DNA from: Caulobacteraceae bacterium
GTDB lineage: Bacteria; Pseudomonadota; Alphaproteobacteria; Caulobacterales; Caulobacteraceae
DNA: 55,963 nucleotides
Reading direction: 5' to 3'
Assembly: GCA_019747095.1 (NCBI GenBank)
Contig: JAIERG010000172.1
Location: forward strand, 1 to 55,963
How positions within the stretch are numbered: position 1 is the first letter of the stretch; the number at the start of each line of letters is the position of its first letter. The position numbers were made by a program, and so were the translations under genes. This document shows positions 8,913-18,964 of this stretch, one piece after another. Under the pieces are notes generated by a model. The model was not told the DNA's origin. It did not search any database and saw only the letters and a program-made list of their open reading frames with translations.

Positions 8913-9683
8913 TCAGGCGATCGCGCCGACGCAACCTTCGGCGTCGCCCGGCGTCAACTGGGCATCGGTGAGAGCCAGGGTCCAGCCGTGGTGTGTGTTC
9001 AGCCCCCAGCGGCGGGCACCACCACCATCGCCGGCGTCGCCGCCCGCCGTGACGATCACACTGCGACCCTTGGGAAGGGCGGCGGGGTCGATCTTGCCGA
9101 CTGCCAGAGAGCTGGGCTGCCCCCCCGCCTGGCCGAATCCGTCGAAGACGCTGAGGCTCGACCAGTCGCGGCGCAGGCCAACCCACCAGGGGTCGTCGGT
9201 GTTCACGGCCAGAACCGCCACGCCCTTGGCCTCGGCGGCGAAAGTGAGCGCGGCCTGGGCATCGCGGACCATGCGGATCGCGGCCGCCGAGCCGAAGCGG
9301 TGGCGGGCACCGTCAAAGGCTCGCGTCGGATCGACCGGGGCCCAGACCTGCACCTGGAGCTTGCCCTGCTGGGCCAGACCCCAGCCGACGATCTCGCGCC
9401 AGAGCCCTTCGACGGCCGTGGTGTTTTCGGGCTGAGCCCTGGACAAAACCCGCGAGAGAACCGTCTGCTCGCGGTCCGGGCGCAGCTTGGTGTGGGGTCC
9501 GTGCGGGGCGTCCTTGGCGAGGCCGACCTTGGCGGCGATGGCAAGGCGCTTCTGGAACAGGGCCAGCATCTCGTCATCGATCAGGTCGATCTCGTGACGA
9601 AGCGCAGCGAGCGCCATCTGCTCGGGCGACAGGTCGTCAGGGTTCATTTCGGGCCAGACTTGCTGGAGGTTCGATTTCGACAT
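8913..9683 (-). CDS. Chorismate mutase (AroQ type) with C-terminal extension
   Basis: LAALRHEIDLIDDEMLALFQKR...VG..K...RPDRE; WREI. Confidence 0.88.
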   Translation of the reverse strand: MSKSNLQQVWPEMNPDDLSPEQMALAALRHEIDLIDDEMLALFQKRLAIAAKVGLAKDAPHGPHTKLRPDREQTVLSRVLSRAQPENTTAVEGLWREIVGWGLAQQGKLQVQVWAPVDPTRAFDGARHRFGSAAAIRMVRDAQAALTFAAEAKGVAVLAVNTDDPWWVGLRRDWSSLSVFDGFGQAGGQPSSLAVGKIDPAALPKGRSVIVTAGGDAGDGGGARRWGLNTHHGWTLALTDAQLTPGDAEGCVGAIA

Positions 9684-9797
9684 GGGGTGAAGGCTTTCAA
9701 CGGGTGCATTTCGACGTGAGGGGTGCGTGGGTGCGCCGCCGCCCTGGTCCAGGGCGGTCGCCGGCGAGGCTGTCAGGTGCGGGAAGCGCGCCTGGCC

Positions 9798-9899
9798 TCA
9801 GCCGGCGTATCGAAAGCCGTAAAAGCGATAGCCGAGATAAAAGGAGCCGGCCGCGCGCGAACGGGGCGAAAGGGTCGAGAGGCAAGCGCGCGCAGACAT
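9798..9899 (-). CDS. Putative Phe/Tyr leader (attenuator) peptide, 33 aa
   Basis: Hand translation MSARACLSTLSPRSRAAGSFYLGYRFYGFRYAG*; 3 Phe and 4 Tyr in the last 14 codons; 114 nt upstream of chorismate mutase. Confidence 0.8.
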   Translation of the reverse strand: MSARACLSTLSPRSRAAGSFYLGYRFYGFRYAG

Positions 9900-9966
9900 G
9901 ATCAGGCTCGGTTTTCGGGCCAGCAGCGGCCCTTAACCCCTAAAGACACGCAAGGATCGTGCGTCG

Positions 9967-10548
9967 TCAACCCGGTTCGCGCGCCAGGAGGACAAACCGC
10001 GTGCGGTTCGTGTCTGAATCCTGGACGTCGTTGCGAAGAATCGACAGGCCGTAGACCTCTGCGGCAGCGACCGGAGCCAAGGCGGCGCGGGTGCGGTCGC
10101 CGAGTTCGGAGACCTCGCGAGCGGCACCGGCGGTGTCGAAGGCCTCAACGACGTCCAGGCCAAGCGCCGCGATCTTGGCCGTGCATTGGCGAAGCGCTAC
10201 CGGGTGGCTGTGGACGGTGCGCAGGTGGCCGACCTCGGCGCCGGGGACGGCCATCAGGGCGATCTGGATCTTGCGCCAGACCTCGGCCACGACAAGAAGT
10301 CCGGATTGGGCAACAAGGGTAGCCGCTGGCTCGACCACCCCGATGGTGGAGTTTTCGACGGGGATCAAAGCGCAGTCGCAAGTGCCGGATGTCACCGCTT
10401 CAATGGCTTCGGCGAAGGTCTCGAACGGCACATGTTCGTCCCACGGGCGGAGTTCAATACAGGCTTCATGGCTGAAAGCTCCTGGCGCGCCCTGGAATGC
10501 CGTGCGGCCCCCACGCTCGTCCCCGTCCGGTCGTCCGATCTGTTCCAT
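9967..10548 (-). CDS. pheA: Prephenate dehydratase, catalytic domain only (no ACT domain)
   Basis: AFQGAPGAFS, PVENSTIG, SHPVALRQC, DTAGAA and NRTRF, then a stop 8 aa later. Confidence 0.85.
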   Translation of the reverse strand: MEQIGRPDGDERGGRTAFQGAPGAFSHEACIELRPWDEHVPFETFAEAIEAVTSGTCDCALIPVENSTIGVVEPAATLVAQSGLLVVAEVWRKIQIALMAVPGAEVGHLRTVHSHPVALRQCTAKIAALGLDVVEAFDTAGAAREVSELGDRTRAALAPVAAAEVYGLSILRNDVQDSDTNRTRFVLLAREPG

Positions 10549-10670
10549 ACCCACTTTCCACCTGCATCCTCCACATGCGCGGCGAACCGGGCTGCGGCAA
10601 GGCGGTTTTCGACCTGTTCGGCCGCATGGCCGGCTACTAGGTTGGACCTCTGCATGGAAACAGGGCGACG

Positions 10671-11846
10671 ATGATCCAGACGACGAGCGGCTCGCGAAGG
10701 TCCGTGCTCTTCGGACTCGGAGGACTGGCGCTGTCGGGGTGCGCGACGACGCCGATTGTCGAAACGGTCCGGCCGCGCTTCGTCATCCCGCCGCTGGTTC
10801 CGATCGACGCTCGGGTCGAGCGGATCACGCGGATCACCGTCTGCCTGAGGCCGTTTCGCGCCGTCGGACCGCGCATCGAGGCCGAGGCGTTCGGGGACAA
10901 GCGGCTGGTGCACAACTACGGACATGGCGGGAGCGGATGGTCGCTGTCCTGGGGATCGGCTGAGATGGCCCGCGACCTCGCGCTGTCAGGCGGAGTCGGC
11001 CCGGTCGCGGTGATTGGTTGCGGAGCCATCGGCCTGACCACCGCGACCCTGTTGCGCCGCGCCGGAGCCGAGGTGACCATTTACGCGGCCGAGCGCCTGC
11101 CCCAGACGCGCTCGGCCCGCGCGACGGGCGTCTGGTCCCCGGATTCGCGGATCGCCGACGCAGACCGGGCACCGCTCGGCTTCGCCAAACGCTGGGAGGA
11201 CATGGCCCGGGCCTCCTGGGCGATGCATCAGACCTATGTCGGGCAACCCGCCGACCCGGTGGCCTTCATGGATCAGTATCTTCTGTCAGACTCGGGCCCT
11301 CGCCCACAGACTGCTCAACGCCAGCAGGGGGCCGTCACCGTCCGCTTCGCCCAGTACATGTCTCGCCTCAACGATCTCACACCACGCTCGGTCGAGATTC
11401 CCGCAGACGCCCTGCCGTTCAATAAGCCGCGCGTGCGCAAGAGCGCCAACATGCAGTTCAACATCTCCGAGCTCGGGCGCAGGCTGATGGCCGATTTCCT
11501 GCTGGAGGGCGGCCGGATCGAGACTCGCACCTTCCATTCGCCGTCGGAGCTGTCCGCGCTCGGCCAGCCCGTGATCGTCAACTGCACGGGCTATGGCGCG
11601 CGCGCCCTTTTCGGCGACGAGAGCATCGTGCCGGTGCGCGGGCAAATGACCTGGCTGCCGGCGCAGCCTGAGGTGCGTTACGGCCTCTACTACCGAGGGA
11701 TCGGGGTCACGACGCGGCCCGACGGCATCGGCCTGCAGGTCCTGGACGGCGACATGATGGGCTATGGCTCGATCGACGAAACGGCGAGCCAAGACGAGGC
11801 GCGGGAAGCCGTGCGGCGCACGGCGGCCCTGTTCGAGGAGAAGTAA
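10671..11846 (+). CDS. Tat-exported FAD-dependent oxidoreductase, D-amino-acid oxidase-like (permuted)
   Basis: SRRSVL...LSGC signal; HNYGHGGSG, VIGCGAIG, VNCTGYGA and PVRGQ. Confidence 0.85.
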   Translation: MIQTTSGSRRSVLFGLGGLALSGCATTPIVETVRPRFVIPPLVPIDARVERITRITVCLRPFRAVGPRIEAEAFGDKRLVHNYGHGGSGWSLSWGSAEMARDLALSGGVGPVAVIGCGAIGLTTATLLRRAGAEVTIYAAERLPQTRSARATGVWSPDSRIADADRAPLGFAKRWEDMARASWAMHQTYVGQPADPVAFMDQYLLSDSGPRPQTAQRQQGAVTVRFAQYMSRLNDLTPRSVEIPADALPFNKPRVRKSANMQFNISELGRRLMADFLLEGGRIETRTFHSPSELSALGQPVIVNCTGYGARALFGDESIVPVRGQMTWLPAQPEVRYGLYYRGIGVTTRPDGIGLQVLDGDMMGYGSIDETASQDEAREAVRRTAALFEEK

Positions 11847-11850
11847 ACCT

Positions 11851-13221
11851 TCAGGCCGCCGCCGAGCGCGCCAGACGACCGGTCTTCAGGCGCTCGGCGA
11901 TCAGGAAGGCCAGTTCTAGCGCCTGATCCGCGTTCAGGCGGGGGTCGCAATGGGTGTGATAGCGGCTGCTCAGGTCGTCCTCGGTCACGGCCTGGGCCCC
12001 GCCGATGCATTCGGTGACGTTCTGGCCGGTCATCTCCAGATGGACGCCGCCGGGATGGACCCCTTCGGCTTCGGCCACGTCAATGAAGCCCTTCACCTCG
12101 CCGATGATGCGGTCGAACGGGCGGGTCTTGTAGCCGCTCTGGGCCATCAGGGTGTTGCCGTGCATCGGGTCGATCGACCAGATCACGCGCTTTCCATGCG
12201 CCTTCACCGCCTTCATCAGGCGCGGCAGGCGGTCATGCACCTTGTCGTGGCCGAAGCGGCCGATCAGTGTCAGGCGGCCCGGCGTATTGTCGGGATTGAG
12301 CGCATCGATCAGCGGCAGCAGATCATCGGGCTCCATGGTCGGGCCGCACTTCACGCCGATGGGGTTTCGGATGCCGCGCATGAACTCGACGTGGGCGCCG
12401 TCCAGCTGGCGGGTGCGCTCACCGATCCACAGCATATGGGCCGAGGTGTCGAACCATTCGCCCGACGCCCCGTCCAGACGGGTGAGCGCGCTCTCCACGT
12501 TCAGCAGCAGGGCCTCGTGCGAGGTGAAGACCTCGACGCGGCTGAGGTCCGGATGCGTCTCGGGGGTGACGCCGACGGCCTCCATGAAGGCCAGGGCCTC
12601 GGCGATCTTGTCGGCCAATTCGCGGTACTGCGCTCCCACCCCGCTGTCGGCGAAACCCTGGGTCCAGCGGTGGATGTTGTAGAGGTCGGCATAGCCGCCA
12701 CCCGCGAAGGCGCGCAGCAGGTTCAGCGTCGAGGCCGACTGGTTGTAGGCTTTCAGCAGGCGTTGGGGGTCCGGCAGCCGCTCTTCAGGGGTGAAGGCCG
12801 AACCGTTGATGTTGTCGCCGCGATAGCTGGGCAGGGTGACGCCATCGATCGTTTCGGTCGGAGCGGAACGGGGCTTGGCGAACTGGCCGGCGATGCGCCC
12901 GACCTTCACCACGGGCTTCCGACCCGCGAACGTCAGGACCACCGCCATCTGCAGCAGCAGGCGGAAGGTGTCGCGGATGTTGTCGGTCGAGAACTCCTTG
13001 AAGCTCTCGGCGCAGTCGCCGCCCTGGAGCAGAAAGGCCTCTCCCGCCTCGACCTGGGCCAGGCGGTCCTTGAGACGACGGGCTTCGCCCGCGAAGACCA
13101 GGGGCGGAAGCGCGCGCAGCTCGTCCTCGACCGCAGACAGGGCGCGCGGGTCCGGATAGTCCGCCGGCATGTGCAGGGCGGTCTTGGTTCTCCAGCTTTC
13201 GGGGGTCCAGCGCGTACTCAT
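11851..13221 (-). CDS. Class II DAHP synthase
   Basis: [37 protein letters not shown] and CDPRLN. Confidence 0.96.
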   Translation of the reverse strand: MSTRWTPESWRTKTALHMPADYPDPRALSAVEDELRALPPLVFAGEARRLKDRLAQVEAGEAFLLQGGDCAESFKEFSTDNIRDTFRLLLQMAVVLTFAGRKPVVKVGRIAGQFAKPRSAPTETIDGVTLPSYRGDNINGSAFTPEERLPDPQRLLKAYNQSASTLNLLRAFAGGGYADLYNIHRWTQGFADSGVGAQYRELADKIAEALAFMEAVGVTPETHPDLSRVEVFTSHEALLLNVESALTRLDGASGEWFDTSAHMLWIGERTRQLDGAHVEFMRGIRNPIGVKCGPTMEPDDLLPLIDALNPDNTPGRLTLIGRFGHDKVHDRLPRLMKAVKAHGKRVIWSIDPMHGNTLMAQSGYKTRPFDRIIGEVKGFIDVAEAEGVHPGGVHLEMTGQNVTECIGGAQAVTEDDLSSRYHTHCDPRLNADQALELAFLIAERLKTGRLARSAAA

Positions 13222-13272
13222 GGGGCCAAGATAGGCTTCTCGCGCCTGCGAAACAATGAACTCGGCGTGCCG

Positions 13273-14667
13273 TCAGCCAGCGTTGGTTTCCGGGGTCTGT
13301 TTGACCTTCAGCGTCACCAGCTCCTCGGCCATGGTCGGGTGGACGGCGCAGGTGGCGTCCCACTGGGCCTTGGTCAGGCCCGCCTTCACGGCGATGGCAG
13401 CCAGCTGGATCATCTCCGGAGCCTCTGGACCGACGATGTGAACGCCGACGACGCGGTCGGTGCGGGCGTCGACCACCAGCTTCATCAGCATGCGCTCGTC
13501 CGAACCGGTGAAGGCGTACTTCATCGGCCGGAAGCGCGTGACGTAGACATCGACATCACCGGAGAAGGCCCGGCGGGCCTCCGCCTCGGTCATGCCGACG
13601 ACGCCGACCGGCGGCTGGCTGAAGACAGCCGTGGCGACGGCGTCGTAGTCGAAGCTCTGCGGATTGTCGCGGTAAACGGTCTCGTGAAAGGCCACGGCCT
13701 CGCGGATGGCGACCGGCGTCAGGTTCATCCGGTCGGTAACGTCGCCGATGGCCCAGATGCTGTCGACATTGGTCTTCGAGAAGGCGTCGACCTTGATCGC
13801 GCCCTTCTCGTTCAGCTCGACCCCGGCCGTCTCGAGCCCCAGACCCTTGACGTAGGGTTCCCGGCCGGTGGCAAACATCACGACGTCGGTTTCCAGTTCC
13901 ATGCCGTTCTCGAGCACGTTGAGCAGGCCGCTGTCCGTCTTGCGGATCTCGGTGTGCTGGCAGCCGAGGATGACCTTGATGCCCCGCTTTTCGATCTCGG
14001 CGGCGAGGTGGGCGCGGACGTCGTCGTCGAAGCCGCGCAGGATGTTGGGGCCGCGATAAACGAGCGTCGTCTCGACCCCGAGCCCCGCGAAGATCCCGGC
14101 GAACTCCACCGCGATATAGCCGCCGCCCGCGATCAGGATGCGCTTCGGCAGTTCCGGCAGATGGAAGGCCTCTTCCGAGGTGATGGCGTGCTCGATGCCG
14201 GGGATTTCGGCCGGCAGCCAGGGGCGGCCGCCCGTGGCGATCAGGATGCGCTCGGCCGTGACGATCAGATCGCCGCCGTCCTCGCCCTTGCCGGCGATGG
14301 CGACGGTGTGGGCGTCCTTCAGCACGGCGCGGCCGTGGATCAGCTCGACCCCAGCCTTGCCCAGATTGGCGACGTAGAGGCCCGACAGGCGCGCGATCTC
14401 GACGTCCTTGGCGTGGATGAACCTGGGCCAGTCGAAGCTGGCCTCGACCGTCCAGCCGTAGCCTTCCGCGATCTCGAATCCGTGGGCGAAGTCCGAGGCC
14501 ATGACCATGAACTTCTTGGGCACGCAGCCCCGGATCACGCAGGTGCCGCCGACGCGGTGCTCCTCGGCCACCGCCACGCGCTTGCCGGACAGGGCCGTGA
14601 GGCGGGCCGCGCGGACCCCTCCGGAGCCCGCGCCGATGACGAAGAGATCGTAGTCGTAGGTCGTCAT
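13273..14667 (-). CDS. gor: Glutathione-disulfide reductase
   Basis: GAGSGG, GGTCVIRGCVPKK, GGGYIAVE, LTPVA and HPTMAEE. Confidence 0.96.
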   Translation of the reverse strand: MTTYDYDLFVIGAGSGGVRAARLTALSGKRVAVAEEHRVGGTCVIRGCVPKKFMVMASDFAHGFEIAEGYGWTVEASFDWPRFIHAKDVEIARLSGLYVANLGKAGVELIHGRAVLKDAHTVAIAGKGEDGGDLIVTAERILIATGGRPWLPAEIPGIEHAITSEEAFHLPELPKRILIAGGGYIAVEFAGIFAGLGVETTLVYRGPNILRGFDDDVRAHLAAEIEKRGIKVILGCQHTEIRKTDSGLLNVLENGMELETDVVMFATGREPYVKGLGLETAGVELNEKGAIKVDAFSKTNVDSIWAIGDVTDRMNLTPVAIREAVAFHETVYRDNPQSFDYDAVATAVFSQPPVGVVGMTEAEARRAFSGDVDVYVTRFRPMKYAFTGSDERMLMKLVVDARTDRVVGVHIVGPEAPEMIQLAAIAVKAGLTKAQWDATCAVHPTMAEELVTLKVKQTPETNAG

Positions 14668-14928
14668 CTCGGGCCCCGCGCTGTGTTCGAAAGCAGCGTC
14701 TGAATAGTCTGAATCGTCTGGAATCGGTCCCGCCGCGAGCGCCCGGGAAGGGCCGGGATGTATGGAGTGCGGCGGTCTGCGGCAAGACGATCCGGCATCG
14801 ACTTCGATCCGCAACGACGCTGCGTTACGGCTGAGCCTGAAACCTCCGGCGAAGTCCTGGCGAAGACGTCGTCAGGGAATCGAACCAGCGTCGGGCGATC
14901 ATCGGGGACGAAGGACGAGGACGCACGC

Positions 14929-15669
14929 GTGGAGCCGACGACCATCCTGATGATCGCGGTCCTGATGGGGATGGGCGCGGCGCTCTATACGTCGGTCGGC
15001 CATGCCGGAGCCTCGGCGTACCTCGCCATCATGGCCCTGTTCGCCGTCGAGCCGGAGGTGATGCGGCCAACGGCGCTCGTTTTGAACGTGCTGGTCGCCA
15101 GCTATGCGACGGTTCGATACGTGCGCGCCGGGCGGTTCAACCTGTCGCTGCTTCTTCCGTTCGTGATCGCGGCCATTCCGTGCGCCTTCATCGCCGGGCG
15201 GTTTCCCTTGCCGCCGGAGCTTTATCGGCCCGTGGTGGCGGCGGTGCTGTTTCTTGCGGCGCTTCGACTGTTATGGCCCCGGCCGATCGCGGCGCTCGGC
15301 GATCCCAAACCGCCGCATAGCGGGCTGCCGCTTTTGGCCGGAGGCGCGATCGGGACACTGTCGGGACTAACCGGGACCGGCGGCGGCATCTTCCTGAGCC
15401 CCCTGATCCTGCTGATGGGATGGGAGACGCCGCAGAAGACCTCGGGCGTGTCGTCGGCCTTCATCCTGTGCGTGTCGATCTCGGGACTGCTGGGCAGTCT
15501 GAGCACCGTCGGGCGGCTGCCCGCAGAGCTGCCGTGGTTCGTGCTGGCGGTGGCCATCGGGGCCGTGGTGGGGACTTTCGTCGGCATCCGGCGCCTCAGT
15601 GGGCCGCGGCTGCTTCAAGCGCTGGGGATCGTACTGCTGATCGCCTCGGCCAAGCTGGCGTTGGGGTAA
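14929..15669 (+). CDS. Sulfite exporter TauE/SafE family membrane protein
   Basis: VGHAGAS and GLTGTGGGIFLSP repeats; multi-TM. GTG start after GAGGA. Confidence 0.85.
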   Translation: MEPTTILMIAVLMGMGAALYTSVGHAGASAYLAIMALFAVEPEVMRPTALVLNVLVASYATVRYVRAGRFNLSLLLPFVIAAIPCAFIAGRFPLPPELYRPVVAAVLFLAALRLLWPRPIAALGDPKPPHSGLPLLAGGAIGTLSGLTGTGGGIFLSPLILLMGWETPQKTSGVSSAFILCVSISGLLGSLSTVGRLPAELPWFVLAVAIGAVVGTFVGIRRLSGPRLLQALGIVLLIASAKLALG

Positions 15670-15673
15670 GCCC

Positions 15674-16357
15674 CTAGGGCAGCAAGGTCCGCACCCCGCC
15701 GTCCTCGCCGATGATGGCCTCGTCGGCGAGGTCGAGGAACAGGCCGTGCTCGACCACGCCGGTGATCAGCTTCAGGTCGTCGGCGAGGCGGACCGGGTCG
15801 TGGATGGCCTGGCATTTCGCGTCGTAGATGACGTTGCCGCCATCGGTGCGGACAACGCCGCGATCGGCCTGACGCAGGCGGGCGGGCATCTGGATGTCGT
15901 GGTCGGCGAGCACATCCATGATGCGGTTGGCGGTCGACCGATGGCCGAAGGCGACGACCTCGATGGGCAGGGGAAAGGCGCCCAGCACCGGCACCACCTT
16001 GGCCGCGTCGGCGATGACGATGCAGCGGTTGGACGCCTCCCACACCAGCTTCTCGCGCAGCAGCGCCGCCCCTCCACCCTTGATGAGGGCGAGACCGGGA
16101 CCGACCTCGTCGGCTCCGTCGACGGTCAGGTCGATGCGGGAGACGTCGTCCAGCGCAGCCAGCGGCAGGCCCAGCTCACGGGCAAGATCGGCGGTCTTCT
16201 CCGACGTTGGGACGCAGCGGAGGTCGGACAGGCCGCGCGCCGCCAGCGCCTTGACGAACCAGGCGGCGGTGGAGCCGGTGCCCAGCCCCACGACCATGCC
16301 GGGCTCGACGCGCAGGGCGGCGGCTTCGCCGGCGAGCTGTTTCTGGAGGTCAGACAC
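15674..16357 (-). CDS. rpiA: Ribose-5-phosphate isomerase A
   Basis: GLGTGST, DGADEV, IKGGGAALLREK and GVVEHGLF. Confidence 0.96.
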   Translation of the reverse strand: MSDLQKQLAGEAAALRVEPGMVVGLGTGSTAAWFVKALAARGLSDLRCVPTSEKTADLARELGLPLAALDDVSRIDLTVDGADEVGPGLALIKGGGAALLREKLVWEASNRCIVIADAAKVVPVLGAFPLPIEVVAFGHRSTANRIMDVLADHDIQMPARLRQADRGVVRTDGGNVIYDAKCQAIHDPVRLADDLKLITGVVEHGLFLDLADEAIIGEDGGVRTLLP

Positions 16358-16362
16358 GCACA

Positions 16363-16503
16363 ATCCTCACTCGCGCAGCGGGGGAGGGGGACCGCGAAGC
16401 GGTGGAGGGGGCAAGCTGCAGACGGCGACGTGTGAGGTCGCGCCCTCCACCACCCGGCGGGGGGTGCCCCGCCCCCCCCGCGCTGCGCTTGCTGGGGAGG
16501 ATC
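16363..16503. repeat. CIR/RIME-like intergenic inverted repeat element between glmU and rpiA
   Basis: ATCCTC...GGGGAGGGGGACCGCGAAGCGGTGGAGGGG on the left and CCCTCCACC...GGGGAGGAT on the right; ends ATCCTC/GAGGAT are complementary. Confidence 0.7.
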
Positions 16504-17851
16504 ATTTGCGCTCAGCCTTCTTCGCCCTGGCTTTCTCGCGGAAGGCGGCACCTCCACCCTCCTTGGTGATCTGACGGGCGCGGCCGAACGCCAGCGCGTC
16601 AGCGGGCACGTCCTGGGTGATCACCGACCCAGAGCCGACCAGCGCGCCCGCACCGATCGACACCGGCGCGACGAGCGAACTGTTCGAGCCGATGAAGGCC
16701 CCCTCGCCCACCTCGGTGCGCGCCTTGTTGAAGCCGTCGTAGTTGCAGAAGATCGTGCCCGCCCCGACGTTGGCACCCGCGCCGACCGAGCCGTCGCCCA
16801 GATAGGCCAGATGATTGGCCTTGGCACCCTTTTCCATGCGGACGGCCTTTACCTCCACGAAGTTGCCGACCTTGACGTCTTCGCCCAGGTCCGCGCCCGG
16901 GCGCAGACGGGCGTAGGGGCCGACCTCGGCGCCCGAGGCCACCGTCGCGCCCTCGATGTGGGAGAAGCTACGGATGCGGGCGTTCTCCGCGATCCTCGCC
17001 CCCGGGCCGAAGACGACGAAGGGTTCGATGACCGTGCCCGCGCCGATCTGGGTATCCCAGGCGAAGTGGACGGTGTCGGGCGCGCTCATGGTCACGCCGG
17101 CGGCGAGGAAGGTCTCGCGCTGGACCTTCTGGAACAGGGCCTCGGCCTGGGCGAGCTCGGCTTGGGCATTCACGCCCATGACGGCATCTTCCGAGGCCAT
17201 GACCGCCCGGGTCGGGGCTCCCTGGCCGCGCGCAAGCGCCACGACGTCGGTCAGATAGTATTCGCCCTTGGCGTTGTCGTTGGTGACCCGGCCCAAAAGC
17301 TCGAACAGCAAGCGGGCGGGCGCGGCCATGACGCCGGAGTTGCAGGTGGTCAGGGCCAGGACCTCGGGCGAGGCCTCCTTGGCCTCGGTGATGGCGGTCA
17401 GGACATCGCCGTCCATGACCAGACGGCCATAGGCGCCAGGGTCGCGGGCCTCGAACCCGATGACCGTGACCCCGCCGCCGCCGAACACCGGCGCGATGTC
17501 GGCGGCGCGCAGAAGGGGCACGTCGCCGTAGGTGACGACCACCTCTCCGTCGAAGTCGGCGAGCAGGCTCTCGGCCGCGCGGACGGCGTGGCCGGTGCCC
17601 AGCGGCGGGTCCTGGACGGCGATGGCGGCGGCGCCCAACCGCTTTTCGACATGGGCGCGGACCTCGGGCGAGTGGTTTCCGACGACCACGACGATGCGCT
17701 CGCAGCCGAGTCCCTCGGCGGCGTCGATGGCGTGGTCCAGCATGGCGCGGTGGCCGACGCGATGCAGCACCTTGGGCACAGGCGACTTCATCCGCGTGCC
17801 CTGGCCGGCGGCGAGGATGACGGCGGCCCGTCGTGTCGAGTGGCTGGTCAT
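16502..17851 (-). CDS. glmU: Bifunctional UDP-GlcNAc pyrophosphorylase/glucosamine-1-P acetyltransferase
   Basis: [38 protein letters not shown] and hexapeptide repeats. Confidence 0.97.
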   Translation of the reverse strand: MTSHSTRRAAVILAAGQGTRMKSPVPKVLHRVGHRAMLDHAIDAAEGLGCERIVVVVGNHSPEVRAHVEKRLGAAAIAVQDPPLGTGHAVRAAESLLADFDGEVVVTYGDVPLLRAADIAPVFGGGGVTVIGFEARDPGAYGRLVMDGDVLTAITEAKEASPEVLALTTCNSGVMAAPARLLFELLGRVTNDNAKGEYYLTDVVALARGQGAPTRAVMASEDAVMGVNAQAELAQAEALFQKVQRETFLAAGVTMSAPDTVHFAWDTQIGAGTVIEPFVVFGPGARIAENARIRSFSHIEGATVASGAEVGPYARLRPGADLGEDVKVGNFVEVKAVRMEKGAKANHLAYLGDGSVGAGANVGAGTIFCNYDGFNKARTEVGEGAFIGSNSSLVAPVSIGAGALVGSGSVITQDVPADALAFGRARQITKEGGGAAFREKARAKKAERK

Positions 17852-17918
17852 GAATCGGTCCGGCGGCTAGTCACCACGGCGGTCTAGCCCATCGGCGGAC
17901 GCGACGGGAGAGACGGCG

Positions 17919-18632
17919 ATGATCGAACAGGACCTGATCGGCTGGACGATCGGCTTCGACCTCGACGGCACCCTTGTGGAGACCCACGAGGACCTGATCG
18001 GCACCCTGAACCGGATGCTGGCGCTCAAGGGCCTGCCGCCCTGCCCGGTTGAAGGGGCGCGAGACCTGATCGGTGCAGGGGCAACCGCCCTGCTGGTCCA
18101 TGGCTTTGAACGCGCGGGGGCCTCAGCTGGGGACGCCCGCGATCCGACCCTGCTCGAGGCCTTCCTTTCCGACTATGTCGCGCACATCGCGGACCATTCG
18201 CGGCCGTTCGAGGGCGTGGTCGAGACGCTGGAACGACTGTCGGCGCGGGGCGCGACCCTGGTGGTGGTGACCAACAAACGCTCGGACCTGTCAGAACTGC
18301 TGCTCGGAAAGATCGACCTGACACGCCACTTCGCCGCCATCGTGGGGCCCGACCGGGTCAGCGCGAGGAAGCCCGCTGGCGCGCATTTCATCGAGGCCGT
18401 GACATCGGTCGGCGGCGATCCCGCGCGCGCCATCATGGTCGGCGACGCGGCCCCCGACATCGGCACGGCGCGGGATGCCGGCGTGCCGGTCATCGGCGTC
18501 ACCTTCGGCTACACGCCGACGCCGATGGAAGACATGGAACCCGACGTGATCGTCGACTCGTTCGAGGACGTCGAGGAAGCCGTCGACATGCTGGTGGTCG
18601 ACCACTACGTCCTGAAGGCGATGGCCGGGTAA
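17919..18632 (+). CDS. gph: HAD hydrolase, phosphoglycolate phosphatase-like
   Basis: FDLDGTL, VTNK, KP and MVGD...D. Confidence 0.8.
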   Translation: MIEQDLIGWTIGFDLDGTLVETHEDLIGTLNRMLALKGLPPCPVEGARDLIGAGATALLVHGFERAGASAGDARDPTLLEAFLSDYVAHIADHSRPFEGVVETLERLSARGATLVVVTNKRSDLSELLLGKIDLTRHFAAIVGPDRVSARKPAGAHFIEAVTSVGGDPARAIMVGDAAPDIGTARDAGVPVIGVTFGYTPTPMEDMEPDVIVDSFEDVEEAVDMLVVDHYVLKAMAG

Positions 18633-18636
18633 GGCC

Positions 18637-18888
18637 TCAGGCCGCACCCGCCATGAAATCGTAGACGTCAGCCGCACGCGTCACGGTGATGGCAATGCGG
18701 TCATCGCGAATTTCGATCTGGCCGCGCGCCACGGGGTGGTTGTTGGCCAGGATCCAGACCTCGTCCTGCTCGGTCGCGTCCAGCGGAATGACCGCGCCGC
18801 GTCCCATTTTCAGCAGCTGGGCCATTGGCAGCACGGACCGGCCGAGCACGACGGAAAGCTCGACGTTGACGGCCTCGACCTGGCTCAT
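18637..18888 (-). CDS. FliM/FliN (SpoA) family protein
   Basis: VELSVVLG...LLKMGRGAVIPLD...ILANN..VARGQI. Alternative start at 18933. Confidence 0.85.
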   Translation of the reverse strand: MSQVEAVNVELSVVLGRSVLPMAQLLKMGRGAVIPLDATEQDEVWILANNHPVARGQIEIRDDRIAITVTRAADVYDFMAGAA

Positions 18889-18964
18889 GGTGACTCCGGG
18901 CGCACCGGAGGCAACGGGCGGCTGATCTTGCATTGGTGATCCTCAGGAGCACATTGGGCCGGTC

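Noticed and set aside
11950-14703. 917-aa plus-strand ORF and similar long ORFs (1742-2887, 4119-5498, 7044-8357, 40854-41909)
   Set aside because: Antisense shadows of well-supported genes, expected in GC-rich DNA; no motifs.
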